Made by a program: the position numbers and the translations under genes. This document shows positions 19,268-30,055 of a stretch of DNA of 64,000 nucleotides, in pieces (position 1 is the stretch's first letter; every line of letters begins with the position of its first letter). Source of the DNA: an uncultured virus (IMG/VR IMGVR_UViG_3300027977_000026) (lineage: Duplodnaviria > Heunggongvirae > Uroviricota > Caudoviricetes); IMG/VR virus record IMGVR_UViG_3300027977_000026; one strand, 5' to 3'. A model generated the notes under the pieces. It saw only the letters and a program-made list of their open reading frames with translations. It made no database searches and was not told where the DNA came from.

Positions 19268-22200
19268 TTAAACAACCCTAACCCGTTGTAGAAAGTATAA
19301 CTGAGTATTCTCTCCATTGTGCCTCCGAATTTGGTCCAATCCTTGTACGAGCTCTCACTATAAGATAATGTAGTCAACGGATTGGTAAAATCTATAACTG
19401 AATCATATATAACATTGGATTTATTTGGCAAATAGTTGTAGAACGAATAATATGGTTTTATTTCTGCCCCACTTTGCTCTCTGGTACCAGTAACCAAATT
19501 CCAACCCCAATCATAGTTTATGCCTGATAAAGGGTACCTGTCATTAACAACAACAGATATCATATCCTCACCAGAGGGGACTATGGTGTTGGTTATGAGT
19601 GAATAGCGTTCACTAAATTTTTCATATGCTACCACTGGTCTGCCAACAATAAAATGACCTGTACTAATATCTATTTCTTCACCTAAATTTCTACCCACAG
19701 TGCCATTGGTGTTTTTAAAGTTCTCTAGATAGTTGTTCAGTGATCCCCATAATTTTCTTTGCTTGATACTCAAGATGTTCATTATTCTTGCAAGATCAGC
19801 AGGGTATTCTGTTGCAAAATCGTAAAATGTTATGCCATTTTGTTCAAACAAGCTCTTCAATGCATTCAATGTGCAAACATCAGGGTCGGAATTATTACTA
19901 ACAAAATTCGATATTCTCTCATAAATTTTCTTACCTAGAGAATTTGGACTGCTATCTTTGTCACCCACAATTCTACCTATAAAATTATCCCACAAATTGC
20001 TCCTATCAAATAGACTTTCCTGCAAGATGTAGCTCTTGTATTGTGACGACATGTCAAAGTCTTCATTTTTCTTATTAATAATGTAGTCACCGGAAACTAT
20101 ATCAAACAAATTGCTCGACCCGCTCACTAGTCGTTTAATTGGATTTATACTTGCAATGTACTTGTTGGTCCATCTTATGCTTGTCCAATCACCTATTGTG
20201 TTGTAAAACGCTTGTGAACCATCTTGTAAATATGTGGCAATTTCAGGCATTGTGGCATAATCTATGGCACTGACAGGTGTTGTGAAGAGTGTTTCTATGG
20301 GTATAAAGAACATCTTACCTTCAAAATTATCCATAACCCAAACACAACCACCAGAATCACAAGCAACAGCACCTATTTGCTGCACATAATTGTTTGTAAC
20401 TATGTTTTGTGAGAAATCTCTTCTTCTTACAATACCCTCGGTGGATATTTGAGTTATAGTTTTAGAATTCTCGCTAAGCCATAAACTCTGAGTCAGATCT
20501 ATGGTGATATTGCCCACAGACTTAAACCCATATATAGGAAAACCAGGTGTTAAATTAAAATCTTTATCCCATCGGTAAACCACATCATTTCTTTCGCTCA
20601 ATTCATCATCTTTATCCGTTAAATTGGTGGCTACAGCCCATATGTTGTTTAATTTATCTATTAAAATTTCTTGTATTGAATGCAAAGGTGTAATTGGAAA
20701 GGCACTCAGCAGAACACCTACAGTATCATATTTCATCATGAAACCACTGACCGGGTGAGAGTAACTAACCCATATATTGTTTGTAGTATCAGCATCCACA
20801 CAAGTGGGTAGTAGAGAATTTTCCCCAACGTATCCACTCATAGTGTCTCTCAAGCTCATGTATAAATCACTATTTAAAAATTCAATATTTTGTAAATTAG
20901 GAACTGCACTAGCTGTTACCATCATTAATGATTGATCAATTTTTATGGTCTTGACTGCATCATACAAGGTGATCCACGCATTACCACTCCCATCTGTGGT
21001 AATATAAGAAGGCGCTGCACTGTTTAAATCTCCCAAAAAGTTTACTATATTAGGCAAAATAACACTACCGTTGTAAACTGGCATTGCAGAGAGGGAAAAT
21101 TCATTTAAGGTTTCACCAGAAATACTCATCACCAATACTCTATCCAAATCAGCATCTGCTACCCATACCTTGTCCTTTTCTAATGGTCTATTGTAGTGTA
21201 TTGGTGAAACACTTATGGGTATTGGGGAGCATAAAGAAACAGTATAACTATCAACAATGCCTTCAAAATTGATAGTAACTGAATCATAGTCACAATTATT
21301 AAATATTGTCTGCTTGGTCACTCTCCTTATGCTGGGTATACCGGGTTGACTCACATAACCAAACCCAAATCCTGAATTATATGCAGGTTTATCCAGCACA
21401 CATAATGTTGCACACAGTTGTACAGTTTTTGTTTCAGTTGGAACTTCTAGCAGTCCTGCAAAATAACTACCACCTCTATATTGAGGTACACTGCTGTCCT
21501 TATAAAACATTGCATTTGTAACTCTCACAGTGCTGTAAGAAGGTGTCAGGGTGTAGCTATCATTGCGCACATAAGTTACTAAATCCAAACTCAAGTCACC
21601 CACTTGAGTAGGCTCTGAACCATCAAATTTAAATGCTGTTACTGGTGGATAACATTTTGTAGTGAAATAATCTCTATCTTTTAGAGTCACTATGAAAGGG
21701 ATTTTTGTTTTGGCCCATTTTATAGGATATATATTGAAAGAAAAGATATTTTGAGCTGACAAAGGACCAATGACCTGGCTATTTCCTTCAACAGTTATTC
21801 CATTGCTAGTAATCTCTAATACTTCTGCAGGATTAAACACACTCTTTATCACCCTTACATCTGGCCTTGTATTAAAAACACCATAAGCAGGAAAATCAAC
21901 ACTAGGGTATAAGCTATTTTCAATATTGAACCTATCTACAAATCTTCTGGTATCTAGTGAAGCATATAGAAATATTACTGAATTCGTGTCAAGCGTTGAA
22001 GGCGTCTGGTCAACAAAGTGCAGGGTTTGATTTGTTCCTGTCTCGCCTGATGTACCAGCAAACACGGTGCCTGCTTTATTATAATTGTACAATTGCAAAG
22101 TATAATCCCAAGAATTGTTAATTCTTATTTTCTCAGCAAAAACACTAACAGAGCTGGTAGTTGTTCTGTCTACTAACTTTGTATTAAAGACATCCTCATC

Positions 22201-22794
22201 AGTTTCCTGCATTTCCACAAAACTAAAGAAGTTTTTTAAGTGACTATATTTGTTGGAATAGTAAGATATAGGGGAAAGAAAATCACTTCTGCAACCAGAA
22301 GCATACAGATTAATTGTATATTGATTATCAGGTAGATATTGATCAAATTGCCAAGAATTTAATCTTTTTATGGTCAGAGGTTTGCTCAACTTACCAGCAG
22401 GTAGCAAATATATGCCCTCTTCACTAGTAGTCAAATCTTCAAACAAAACCATATCAGGTAGCACATTTAATGCAGTGACAGTATTAGTAAATGTGTCCTT
22501 GAAAGTACTGAGCAGAGAAACATTACCTGTGTTATCATAAACTGAAGCAGTTACTTGGTACTCACCTGGACATTTGTAATAATGAGAAGCACTGGGGCCT
22601 ACTATCCTGGTACCGTCACCCAGATCCCAATATATTTGATATTGGCTGTAATTGGTTATGTTGAAATTTGGATCCTGCAAATTCAAAGTGAAATAAAATG
22701 GAGTATTAGGGAGAGTATAGCTAACAAATTTAGTACTTGCGTTTGCGTCATCAAAGACTGTAACTTTGATATTTACAGCGGTAATTGAAGTCAT
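19264..22794 (-). CDS. Large baseplate wedge-associated protein (PKD domain, beta-propeller), next to gp6 where T4 has gp7
   Basis: 1176 aa; WDLGDGT..SHYY.CPGEY PKD motif; propeller-like DxxxNIWV repeats; follows gp6. Confidence 0.5.
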   Translation of the reverse strand: MTSITAVNIKVTVFDDANASTKFVSYTLPNTPFYFTLNLQDPNFNITNYSQYQIYWDLGDGTRIVGPSASHYYKCPGEYQVTASVYDNTGNVSLLSTFKDTFTNTVTALNVLPDMVLFEDLTTSEEGIYLLPAGKLSKPLTIKRLNSWQFDQYLPDNQYTINLYASGCRSDFLSPISYYSNKYSHLKNFFSFVEMQETDEDVFNTKLVDRTTTSSVSVFAEKIRINNSWDYTLQLYNYNKAGTVFAGTSGETGTNQTLHFVDQTPSTLDTNSVIFLYASLDTRRFVDRFNIENSLYPSVDFPAYGVFNTRPDVRVIKSVFNPAEVLEITSNGITVEGNSQVIGPLSAQNIFSFNIYPIKWAKTKIPFIVTLKDRDYFTTKCYPPVTAFKFDGSEPTQVGDLSLDLVTYVRNDSYTLTPSYSTVRVTNAMFYKDSSVPQYRGGSYFAGLLEVPTETKTVQLCATLCVLDKPAYNSGFGFGYVSQPGIPSIRRVTKQTIFNNCDYDSVTINFEGIVDSYTVSLCSPIPISVSPIHYNRPLEKDKVWVADADLDRVLVMSISGETLNEFSLSAMPVYNGSVILPNIVNFLGDLNSAAPSYITTDGSGNAWITLYDAVKTIKIDQSLMMVTASAVPNLQNIEFLNSDLYMSLRDTMSGYVGENSLLPTCVDADTTNNIWVSYSHPVSGFMMKYDTVGVLLSAFPITPLHSIQEILIDKLNNIWAVATNLTDKDDELSERNDVVYRWDKDFNLTPGFPIYGFKSVGNITIDLTQSLWLSENSKTITQISTEGIVRRRDFSQNIVTNNYVQQIGAVACDSGGCVWVMDNFEGKMFFIPIETLFTTPVSAIDYATMPEIATYLQDGSQAFYNTIGDWTSIRWTNKYIASINPIKRLVSGSSNLFDIVSGDYIINKKNEDFDMSSQYKSYILQESLFDRSNLWDNFIGRIVGDKDSSPNSLGKKIYERISNFVSNNSDPDVCTLNALKSLFEQNGITFYDFATEYPADLARIMNILSIKQRKLWGSLNNYLENFKNTNGTVGRNLGEEIDISTGHFIVGRPVVAYEKFSERYSLITNTIVPSGEDMISVVVNDRYPLSGINYDWGWNLVTGTREQSGAEIKPYYSFYNYLPNKSNVIYDSVIDFTNPLTTLSYSESSYKDWTKFGGTMERILSYTFYNGLGLFK

Positions 22795-22795
22795 C

Positions 22796-24676
22796 TTAAT
22801 ACTCTCTTAAGCTGGCTTCTTGTGCATCAGGTGTCACTACTTTTATATAATTTAATAAATTAGTTAGATTGTAAAAATATGGTATTTTAAAATATGATAA
22901 CGTTACAGGCTGCGTAGTAATGGCAATGTCTTCCTTTGAATTGCTATAAACCGGGTTCCACATTAAAAGGCTCAAGCCAGAAGAAGTAATTGCTTGGTTG
23001 TTTACAGTTCTGCTAGTTACAACAGAAGTTACTCCTTCTATATCCAATATACTTCTAGTTAATAAATCCACATCAATACTTTGACCCAGTCTATTGTTTT
23101 GAACATTAAAATAATCGTTAAATATGGCATATACTTTTTGCTGTATTTCTATCTCATTGAATCTACTGTTTGGAGATCTGCCCACTACAAGGTATGTTTC
23201 GTTTGCTATTTCTGTAGTCAATAACTTACTATTTATTTCTTGTGCAGTACCTACGCCCAGACCAACAGCTATATAAACTGGATCCATTACTATGATCTCC
23301 GCTGTCATCATCTTTACATCTTGTAGTGCATTTATAATATTGGTCTTCAGCCCTGTGGCAAGAAAATTGGTATTGGTTTGCAAGCTGTTGGTTTTTTGTA
23401 ATTTTGGCACAATATAAATGTACACATTATTAAAATCACAGCTATCGGCAAAGTTTAGCTGGTTGAATGCTACTCTAGAATCTTGATTGGGAGATTTTAA
23501 TCCTAAATTATACAAATATCTCACATGCTCTGCTAGATACTCCCAATTATTGACCACTTTTACGTCATTTATAATATTGCTAAAATTTGCATTCACGTAA
23601 TTGGTGAAATCTTCTGAAGTTATAAGCCGGAATTGAGATTTGAATGTATTTGCAGAATTTTTTCTCATACTTTCCACATTCTCAACTGTTCTGTATGCTG
23701 TACTTGCAACTTCATTGCTAAAGTTAAGCAGACTTATCTGGTTGGTATCCATGACATTTAAAGTGCGGGAAATGGTAGGATAAATTTGATTGAACTGAAC
23801 TGTGTTGTATGTGAATAAAGAGTTGCCATCAATTGTGTTGGGACCAATCTCACCAGCACTACCATTACTCTTCAAATAATATACGGCCACGATGTCACCA
23901 TTTTGCAGTTTCTTACCAGTCACATCATCTCCAAACTTTAACACATATCTCTGACTCTCATTCATTCTGCATTCAAAACTAAGACTAGGTGGTGCTTCAA
24001 GGTACAAAGTTTCAACTCTACTGTATTGGTTCCATTGCGATGTTTTTGAATTGAACACATAAACATCAATTGATGAATGATCTATTATCTCATTAGTACC
24101 ATTTTCATCTACTACAGCAAGCGGAATCTCTTCAAACGGCTCACCAGTTGCTGCATACAGTGGGTATTCCTTGAAAACACCTTGATATAGTAAATTAGAA
24201 TCGGTCAATTGGTCCAGGGTCTCAAGAGAATCAGTATTTTTTATAAAAGTGGCATCTCTTTGAAAACTATAGTTTATACCGTTGACTGTCAGATATGAAT
24301 ATCTTGGTATTGTGTATACACCTTTGGGCAATTCTGCATCAGCACTGCAATTAAAGGGTAAAATACTGGTTTGATTACCAATAGGATTATACCCAAGTGT
24401 CTTGACTATTTTGTTCATGTTTTCATACAACTGGGCTTGTGAAAACAGGCTCTCGCTACCGGTTTTGTTCAAATAAAACAACAGCACGTGATAACTATAT
24501 GCTATAACATCCAATAGACTATTAAAATTGCTACCTTCAAAAACTTGATCAGTAAAAACACCACCTTCATTCAATCTTTGTTGCATCAATTGCTTCAAAG
24601 AAACAGCATCAAATGCTGCATATGCATTGAATGGTAAAGTGAACTGATTGCCTACTATTTGATTGTTAATACTCAT
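22796..24676 (-). CDS. gp6: Baseplate wedge subunit, T4 gp6-like
   Basis: 626 aa; FTDQVFEGSNFNSLLDVIAY, ESLFSQAQ, LKFGDDVTGKKL, RLITSEDF. Confidence 0.9.
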   Translation of the reverse strand: MSINNQIVGNQFTLPFNAYAAFDAVSLKQLMQQRLNEGGVFTDQVFEGSNFNSLLDVIAYSYHVLLFYLNKTGSESLFSQAQLYENMNKIVKTLGYNPIGNQTSILPFNCSADAELPKGVYTIPRYSYLTVNGINYSFQRDATFIKNTDSLETLDQLTDSNLLYQGVFKEYPLYAATGEPFEEIPLAVVDENGTNEIIDHSSIDVYVFNSKTSQWNQYSRVETLYLEAPPSLSFECRMNESQRYVLKFGDDVTGKKLQNGDIVAVYYLKSNGSAGEIGPNTIDGNSLFTYNTVQFNQIYPTISRTLNVMDTNQISLLNFSNEVASTAYRTVENVESMRKNSANTFKSQFRLITSEDFTNYVNANFSNIINDVKVVNNWEYLAEHVRYLYNLGLKSPNQDSRVAFNQLNFADSCDFNNVYIYIVPKLQKTNSLQTNTNFLATGLKTNIINALQDVKMMTAEIIVMDPVYIAVGLGVGTAQEINSKLLTTEIANETYLVVGRSPNSRFNEIEIQQKVYAIFNDYFNVQNNRLGQSIDVDLLTRSILDIEGVTSVVTSRTVNNQAITSSGLSLLMWNPVYSNSKEDIAITTQPVTLSYFKIPYFYNLTNLLNYIKVVTPDAQEASLREY

Positions 24677-24678
24677 TT

Positions 24679-25149
24679 TTAGTTGAAATAATATCCTGAT
24701 TCAGATAATGTTCCTTTCAGGGATATCACCGTATTATTTAAAGCTGGAACATTTAATAGAAGGTAAATATTGTATTGATTATTATCATAATCCACCTCCA
24801 CATTCACGTTCTTAACTTTAACTCTTGGCTCATATTTGTTCAGTCCTTTCAGAATAGTTTCGGCCATCAATTTGCCATTCAATTCGGATAAACCAGTGAA
24901 AATGAATTGTTGTAGGTTCAACCCAAAAACTGGGTTCAATATCTTTTGACCTGGCATGGTAGTGAACAGGTTAAAAATACTGTTTTGTATGGCTCCTATG
25001 TTTTCTGAATTCTGTATGTCTTTAATCTCTCTCTTTTTAAGAAGTTGTGTATTCTTGGTGTAATTGGTTTCCAGATCCAATCTAATATCATTAAATAACA
25101 CCCTAGAACTAAGTGTTGGTGATAAAGATGTTATTCTAATAGCAGCCAT
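24679..25149 (-). CDS. gp25: Baseplate wedge subunit, gp25-like
   Basis: 156 aa; AIQNSIFNLFTTMPGQKILNPVFG, YEPRVKV. Confidence 0.9.
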   Translation of the reverse strand: MAAIRITSLSPTLSSRVLFNDIRLDLETNYTKNTQLLKKREIKDIQNSENIGAIQNSIFNLFTTMPGQKILNPVFGLNLQQFIFTGLSELNGKLMAETILKGLNKYEPRVKVKNVNVEVDYDNNQYNIYLLLNVPALNNTVISLKGTLSESGYYFN

Positions 25150-25209
25150 TGAATTATTTATGGATTATTAACATTTCTGAAAATAAATAATAATAACATA
25201 AGTATATAT

Positions 25210-25809
25210 ATGGGTAGATTTACTGCACTTTACGAATCGGCAATACAACGCTTCACCAGGGGTGGCTTCTTAACTGGTGATCTTGTTAAGTTTAAGGATG
25301 ATGCTTTTAAGGATGATTTCTTCAAGCAACAAGCTTCCAATTATATTGAGAAGGCCAAATCTTTTGCTACAAGCGGCAGAAACATAAGAGTTAGTGCAGT
25401 CAAGGCAGTGAGACCAACAATACATTCTGGAGATGTACAAAATGAAGCGGAGAATTTTCTTCTGGATATTGTCTTAGAACTTGCACCAGGTTTATACAAA
25501 GAATTCATAACTATACCTGCACATTTAGTTCAACATGTTGACACAGGCATAAATCTGGCACCAGTGCCTGATGATCTCAAAAGAAAAGATAACACTCAAA
25601 TAAAACCAGAGGAAGAAGAAACCGAAAAAGGTGCAGATTTTCTCACACCTCTAAGACAGACTCACACAAGTGATGTGGGCAATAAGAAGGATAGTGAAGG
25701 TGATAGGACATTAAACAATACCAATGTGCAAATACCTAGCAGCCCAGCCAAAGGTGCCAGAGACCCCAGCGTAAAGAATGGCACAGCAATATATCTGCCT
25801 AAGAAGTAA
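25210..25809 (+). CDS. Hypothetical late protein (candidate internal head protein)
   Basis: 199 aa ORF; CATAAGTA 5 nt before ATG; N-terminal FTALYE. Confidence 0.6.
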   Translation: MGRFTALYESAIQRFTRGGFLTGDLVKFKDDAFKDDFFKQQASNYIEKAKSFATSGRNIRVSAVKAVRPTIHSGDVQNEAENFLLDIVLELAPGLYKEFITIPAHLVQHVDTGINLAPVPDDLKRKDNTQIKPEEEETEKGADFLTPLRQTHTSDVGNKKDSEGDRTLNNTNVQIPSSPAKGARDPSVKNGTAIYLPKK

Positions 25810-26752
25810 TAGGGTTGATATCACTCAGAGCTAACATCATACAATAAAAGTTTATTTCCTGGTCAAGTACTAGGGCGCTCCGATACATGTATTCACCAAT
25901 GCAAATTAGCCAAAATTTTCTCTGATTTTCATTTATAGGGTAATTGCCTGAGCAAACTGCATCAAAAACACCCTTCATCAACATGGCATAGTCACCCCGG
26001 AATGATGCCTCATTCTCAATGATGAGTTTTCTTCCATTTAAAATCTTTTTATCAAGAATACATCTCATTACTTTATCTACAAATTCATCTGTGCTGGTTG
26101 TATCTGGTATGTTGAGATTGCCCTCAACACTAAATTTCTGCATCTCGTTAATGCATTTTCTAATGTCTGGGTAAAACTTGCGCACCAATGTAACTAGCTT
26201 GGTTTTATTGCTGTCATCCAGATTGACCTGCTCTCTTTTTAAGATACTATAACATCTCTTGAGTACTTCAGGCAAAGGTGGTGTAAGATCCATGGACTGA
26301 CATCTGCTCTGCAGAGGCTCAATTACTCTGTGAATATAGTTACAAGTCAGAATGAATCTACAATGAGAAGCATATTCCTCCATCACATTGCGCAACGACC
26401 TCTGTGCTTCAATAGACGCCATGCCATCCACCTCATCCAAAAATACAATCTTTCTATTGCCATTGAAACTTTTGGTTCTACTAAAATTGGTGATGACAGT
26501 GCGAACCTCTTCTATGCCTACCTCGGAGCAATTCTTATAAATGCTTTCAGCATCTAGTTCATTGATTAACACTTTTGCAGTGGATGTTTTGCCTATGCCT
26601 GCATGGCCTGAAAACAATAGGTTGGGTATTTCCTTATTCTTAACAAAGGAAGATAATATAGTTCTGTTATTTTCCACCAGTACCATGTCATCCAAGGTGG
26701 AAGGTCTATACTTCTCCACCCAAAAATTATCTACACCAATTTTATTTTCCAC
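25799..26752 (-). CDS. gp44: Clamp loader ATPase subunit (gp44/RFC-like)
   Basis: WVEKYRP, Walker A GHAGIGKT, DEVDG, LQSRC, PDIRK; start probably GTG 26752 (ORF track extends to 26776). Confidence 0.92.
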   Translation of the reverse strand: MENKIGVDNFWVEKYRPSTLDDMVLVENNRTILSSFVKNKEIPNLLFSGHAGIGKTSTAKVLINELDAESIYKNCSEVGIEEVRTVITNFSRTKSFNGNRKIVFLDEVDGMASIEAQRSLRNVMEEYASHCRFILTCNYIHRVIEPLQSRCQSMDLTPPLPEVLKRCYSILKREQVNLDDSNKTKLVTLVRKFYPDIRKCINEMQKFSVEGNLNIPDTTSTDEFVDKVMRCILDKKILNGRKLIIENEASFRGDYAMLMKGVFDAVCSGNYPINENQRKFWLICIGEYMYRSALVLDQEINFYCMMLALSDINPITS

Positions 26753-27185
26753 TGCTACCAATCCCTTTTTCACCACGATCTGTTTGTTGCACAGTGCCCC
26801 AATCCACTTTCATTTGAATATTGAAATGCAATACCAGCTGCGCTACCCTGTCACCCTTGACAACTGTATAAGGCACATCACTATGATTATACAATAGAAC
26901 ACCCAGATCGCCTCTATAATTCTGATCAACAACACCTGGGTGCGCCAAGATACCATGCTTGAAACTCAAACCAGATCTGGATGCAACCTTAATCCAGTAA
27001 CCTGGTTCCAAGTACGCTAACTTCAAACCAACAGGCACAGTGTATCTGCCTTTGGGTGGTATGACACAGTTGTCTACTGAGAATAAATCCCACCCAGCAT
27101 CAGTCTCATAGTTTTTTTCTGGTAATTTGGCATCTGTGTGGGTCTTTTCAAACCGCATAGAAGGCTCGTATGCTGGTAAATTCAT
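26742..27185 (-). CDS. dut: dUTPase (trimeric)
   Basis: AGWDL, SRSGL, GVVDQNYRG, GDRVAQL, RGEKGIGSSG; start set at ATG 27185 from promoter spacing. Confidence 0.95.
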   Translation of the reverse strand: MNLPAYEPSMRFEKTHTDAKLPEKNYETDAGWDLFSVDNCVIPPKGRYTVPVGLKLAYLEPGYWIKVASRSGLSFKHGILAHPGVVDQNYRGDLGVLLYNHSDVPYTVVKGDRVAQLVLHFNIQMKVDWGTVQQTDRGEKGIGSSGK

Positions 27186-27191
27186 ATTATC

Positions 27192-27219
27192 AATATAAAT
27201 TATATACACAGGATATCAA
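27192..27219 (-). promoter_or_regulatory. Sigma70-like promoter TTGATA-N16-TATATT for dut-gp44
   Basis: 6 nt before ATG 27185. Confidence 0.65.
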
Positions 27220-27220
27220 G

Positions 27221-27697
27221 ATGGAAAAAGAACTAAATGTAAACGATCTAATAGAACAGATCAAACAAACAAATGCTGTTGTCAAGAACACCAGTGAAAA
27301 TGTGGATCAGCACTTGGATAGAGATAAGCTGGAGAATTTTGTATTAAACAGCACAGGTAAACTTGTGACCCAAGGATTGGACATTATTGACAATGTCAAA
27401 GATTATGTGATGAATAATCCGGAAAGTAGAGAAGTAGCATCTTTATCTGAAGCTCTGAAGGCTGTTGCAAGCGCGCTGAACGTTATTAAGGATATACATA
27501 TTACTCACTTGAAGAAGGACAATTTAAAAGAAATAAAGATAATGGAAATAGAATCTAGAAAAGTCTTAAAAGCGGAAGAAAGTAAAACCAAGGTATTGCT
27601 GAGCAGAGATGAGGTGTTTAAGAAAATTTTAGAAGATGCCAAGGTCATAGAGGCAGAAGCAGTTACTGTTTCTCAACTCCCAGCACTTTCATCGTAG
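27221..27697 (+). CDS. Helical hypothetical protein, possibly terminase small subunit (gp16-like)
   Basis: ATG 27221; NPESREVASLSEALK...VLLSRDEVFKKIL loosely resembles gp16 of T4-like phages; TATAAATT upstream. Confidence 0.4.
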   Translation: MEKELNVNDLIEQIKQTNAVVKNTSENVDQHLDRDKLENFVLNSTGKLVTQGLDIIDNVKDYVMNNPESREVASLSEALKAVASALNVIKDIHITHLKKDNLKEIKIMEIESRKVLKAEESKTKVLLSRDEVFKKILEDAKVIEAEAVTVSQLPALSS

Positions 27698-28517
27698 TCA
27701 GATTGCTCTTTACCTGTTGTAGCTGGTTGAATAATAGATCTTGATTTATAGGGTTGCCTTCAACATCAACAGTAATGTTTATATTAGGTGCAAACTGCAA
27801 ATTGCTTGTTGAATTTTGGGGATTATAGAAGCAATAATGCTCTATTAATTTGTACACAACACCAAAACTGGATTGTATTTTTTGATTTATTGTGCTAATA
27901 TTGGATTGAATGCGTTGAAAATGTGCAATGTCTGGTATTAAGTTATCACCATGTGCAGTAGTATTTTCAGCAATAGCTGGCTGTATATTGTTTATGTTCT
28001 TATTGAATAATATATTTAATTTTTTGCTCATCTCTGCATGCAGCATCAAAGAATTAGGATTAATTTTATTAAATAACGAAGAACCATATCTAAGCGGAGA
28101 AACTTTGTTGCTACTATCAACATCGCTTACCAAACTGGTACTATCATCATAATAGTTTTCTATTCTGCCTATGGAACCAACACTATCGCTCAATACCTTA
28201 AAATATTTGTTGTTACCACCCTTAATGGCTAATTCGGTTTTGATCTGATTGAGAGTAGAATTGTACTTTCTAACCCAATAGGCTGCAAACTGTGCATCGT
28301 AACCATCTAGATCTTTGTTTAATTTGTTGAAAAACTCTGCTTGAGAAGTTATAACATCATTAGATACTAATGTTTTTTGATAGTCAACTGCAGTTTGTAG
28401 CTGTTTTGTGTAATTACTAACAGCATTCAGGAAATTACTAGCTTTGTTGTAAAAATCCTTCTTATAAAATAAATTTAAACTTAATATCTCCGGATCTAAT
28501 GTTTTCTGTTTGTTCAT
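27663..28517 (-). CDS. Hypothetical protein at end of baseplate hub operon
   Basis: 284 aa ORF overlapping upstream gene by 4 nt. Confidence 0.6.
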   Translation of the reverse strand: MNKQKTLDPEILSLNLFYKKDFYNKASNFLNAVSNYTKQLQTAVDYQKTLVSNDVITSQAEFFNKLNKDLDGYDAQFAAYWVRKYNSTLNQIKTELAIKGGNNKYFKVLSDSVGSIGRIENYYDDSTSLVSDVDSSNKVSPLRYGSSLFNKINPNSLMLHAEMSKKLNILFNKNINNIQPAIAENTTAHGDNLIPDIAHFQRIQSNISTINQKIQSSFGVVYKLIEHYCFYNPQNSTSNLQFAPNINITVDVEGNPINQDLLFNQLQQVKSNLTTMKVLGVEKQ

Positions 28518-30055
28518 AATACTTTACTTGTTAGTTTGTTATTATCCATATTGTATACCTTGGTACAAATAATATAATTCTGATAGCTACCTTTAATAAA
28601 TGAATGTGTTATGTTTGTTATCATATAAATTCCCATGATTTTATTGTCAAAGCTACTATCGGCTTGAGAATTATTTCTTTGAATGGTTATGAATCTGCCT
28701 GTTTGACGTCTCACACTGCCATTAGTTCTGAATGAAATAGCAGTATTCATGAAAATGGAGTTCATCAGAAACTGATTTCTGCCGGAATTTAATCTCTGTT
28801 CAGGAGTTTTACTGCTGTTAAAAACATGCTTAAGATTTTTATTTTCCTTTCTAAATAGATTGGCACTCATGTTAGAAGAAGGGCTTTTGCCAGAGCGGCC
28901 TTTCATATAATTGACAAGATTTTTATTGTAAATTTTATTATTGGTTTCAAAATTATTCTCATTTGAATCCACAGTAAATAGCTTGGTGTTATGATCGTAG
29001 TTATGCACATTGTAAGATACTATGCTATTCTGAGTATCATCTGCCGCCATATTAGAAACACTGAAATTTTCTACATAAGAATAATCTGCTAAATTAGAAG
29101 AAAACAGAGATATGCCAGGTGCTCTCAATGGTGAATTGTTGTTACCTCGGTCACTACTGTCTTGCTTGCCCATGACAAAATTTTCTATTAAAAACCCGCC
29201 ACCCAAATTGCCCACGCTCTCATTGCCCTTATAGTAAGCACCTTTGAAGTATGTAGTTATTGGCCTCAAAGAAAAGCTACTGTTTCGTTCTTTTTTGAAA
29301 AAACATGGTGAAAAATCTGAATCTTTTGAACTCACATGTCTGTCCAATAGGTAGTTTAAATCATCAATTGCTTTGTAGCCAGCTGGCGAGGAGTAAAATA
29401 TTTTTGAACTACCTTTGTCAAAATCTGTGTCAAAATTAATTTTACCTTGAATTTCATCTTTAAAGATTTCAGTAAGTAGGTTTCTTATTGCATCACCGGT
29501 ATGTATACTCCTGTCTGAATCTGATAAACCTTTGGAATATTTACTTGTTGTAAAGTTTGAATTTCTTTCATTTAATATCTGATAGGTATAATCCCAGAAA
29601 TATAATTTTTTAAATTTTTCTGATTTATTTTCACCGTGCAAATCTTCATAATCGTAGATGCTAAAAATAAAATTCAATTCAAACTCATCGGTCTTGGAAG
29701 AATCACCTGTAATTAAGTCACCTTCGTTTTTAGTTGGTTTGATTTTTACTCTCAAGAAATCTCTACCATCACCCCTAAACACATAAGGATTAAACATCTT
29801 AGTACTGTTATCAGAATCTATGGTTTCAATAGATTCCAGTACATCTTGATCATTCTTAAATATTATGAACCCATAATGGTAAAATTTCTCCAATTCATCT
29901 ACTATCTTAAAGTCGGAGATGGCATTAGGATTAATCTTAAACTCTATTCCATCCGAATTAAAAATTATTGCTTCAAAACTATAATCAGTATCCTGCAATC
30001 GTGCTATAGGTGGTGACTGGTTGTTTGTAAGGTTATTGTAAAGGTTTATGCTCAT
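28514..30055 (-). CDS. Baseplate hub protein, gp27-like
   Basis: 513 aa; C-terminal GSVRRQTGRFITI...GIYMITNITHSF hub-type motif; next to gp53/gp48. Confidence 0.55.
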   Translation of the reverse strand: MSINLYNNLTNNQSPPIARLQDTDYSFEAIIFNSDGIEFKINPNAISDFKIVDELEKFYHYGFIIFKNDQDVLESIETIDSDNSTKMFNPYVFRGDGRDFLRVKIKPTKNEGDLITGDSSKTDEFELNFIFSIYDYEDLHGENKSEKFKKLYFWDYTYQILNERNSNFTTSKYSKGLSDSDRSIHTGDAIRNLLTEIFKDEIQGKINFDTDFDKGSSKIFYSSPAGYKAIDDLNYLLDRHVSSKDSDFSPCFFKKERNSSFSLRPITTYFKGAYYKGNESVGNLGGGFLIENFVMGKQDSSDRGNNNSPLRAPGISLFSSNLADYSYVENFSVSNMAADDTQNSIVSYNVHNYDHNTKLFTVDSNENNFETNNKIYNKNLVNYMKGRSGKSPSSNMSANLFRKENKNLKHVFNSSKTPEQRLNSGRNQFLMNSIFMNTAISFRTNGSVRRQTGRFITIQRNNSQADSSFDNKIMGIYMITNITHSFIKGSYQNYIICTKVYNMDNNKLTSKVL

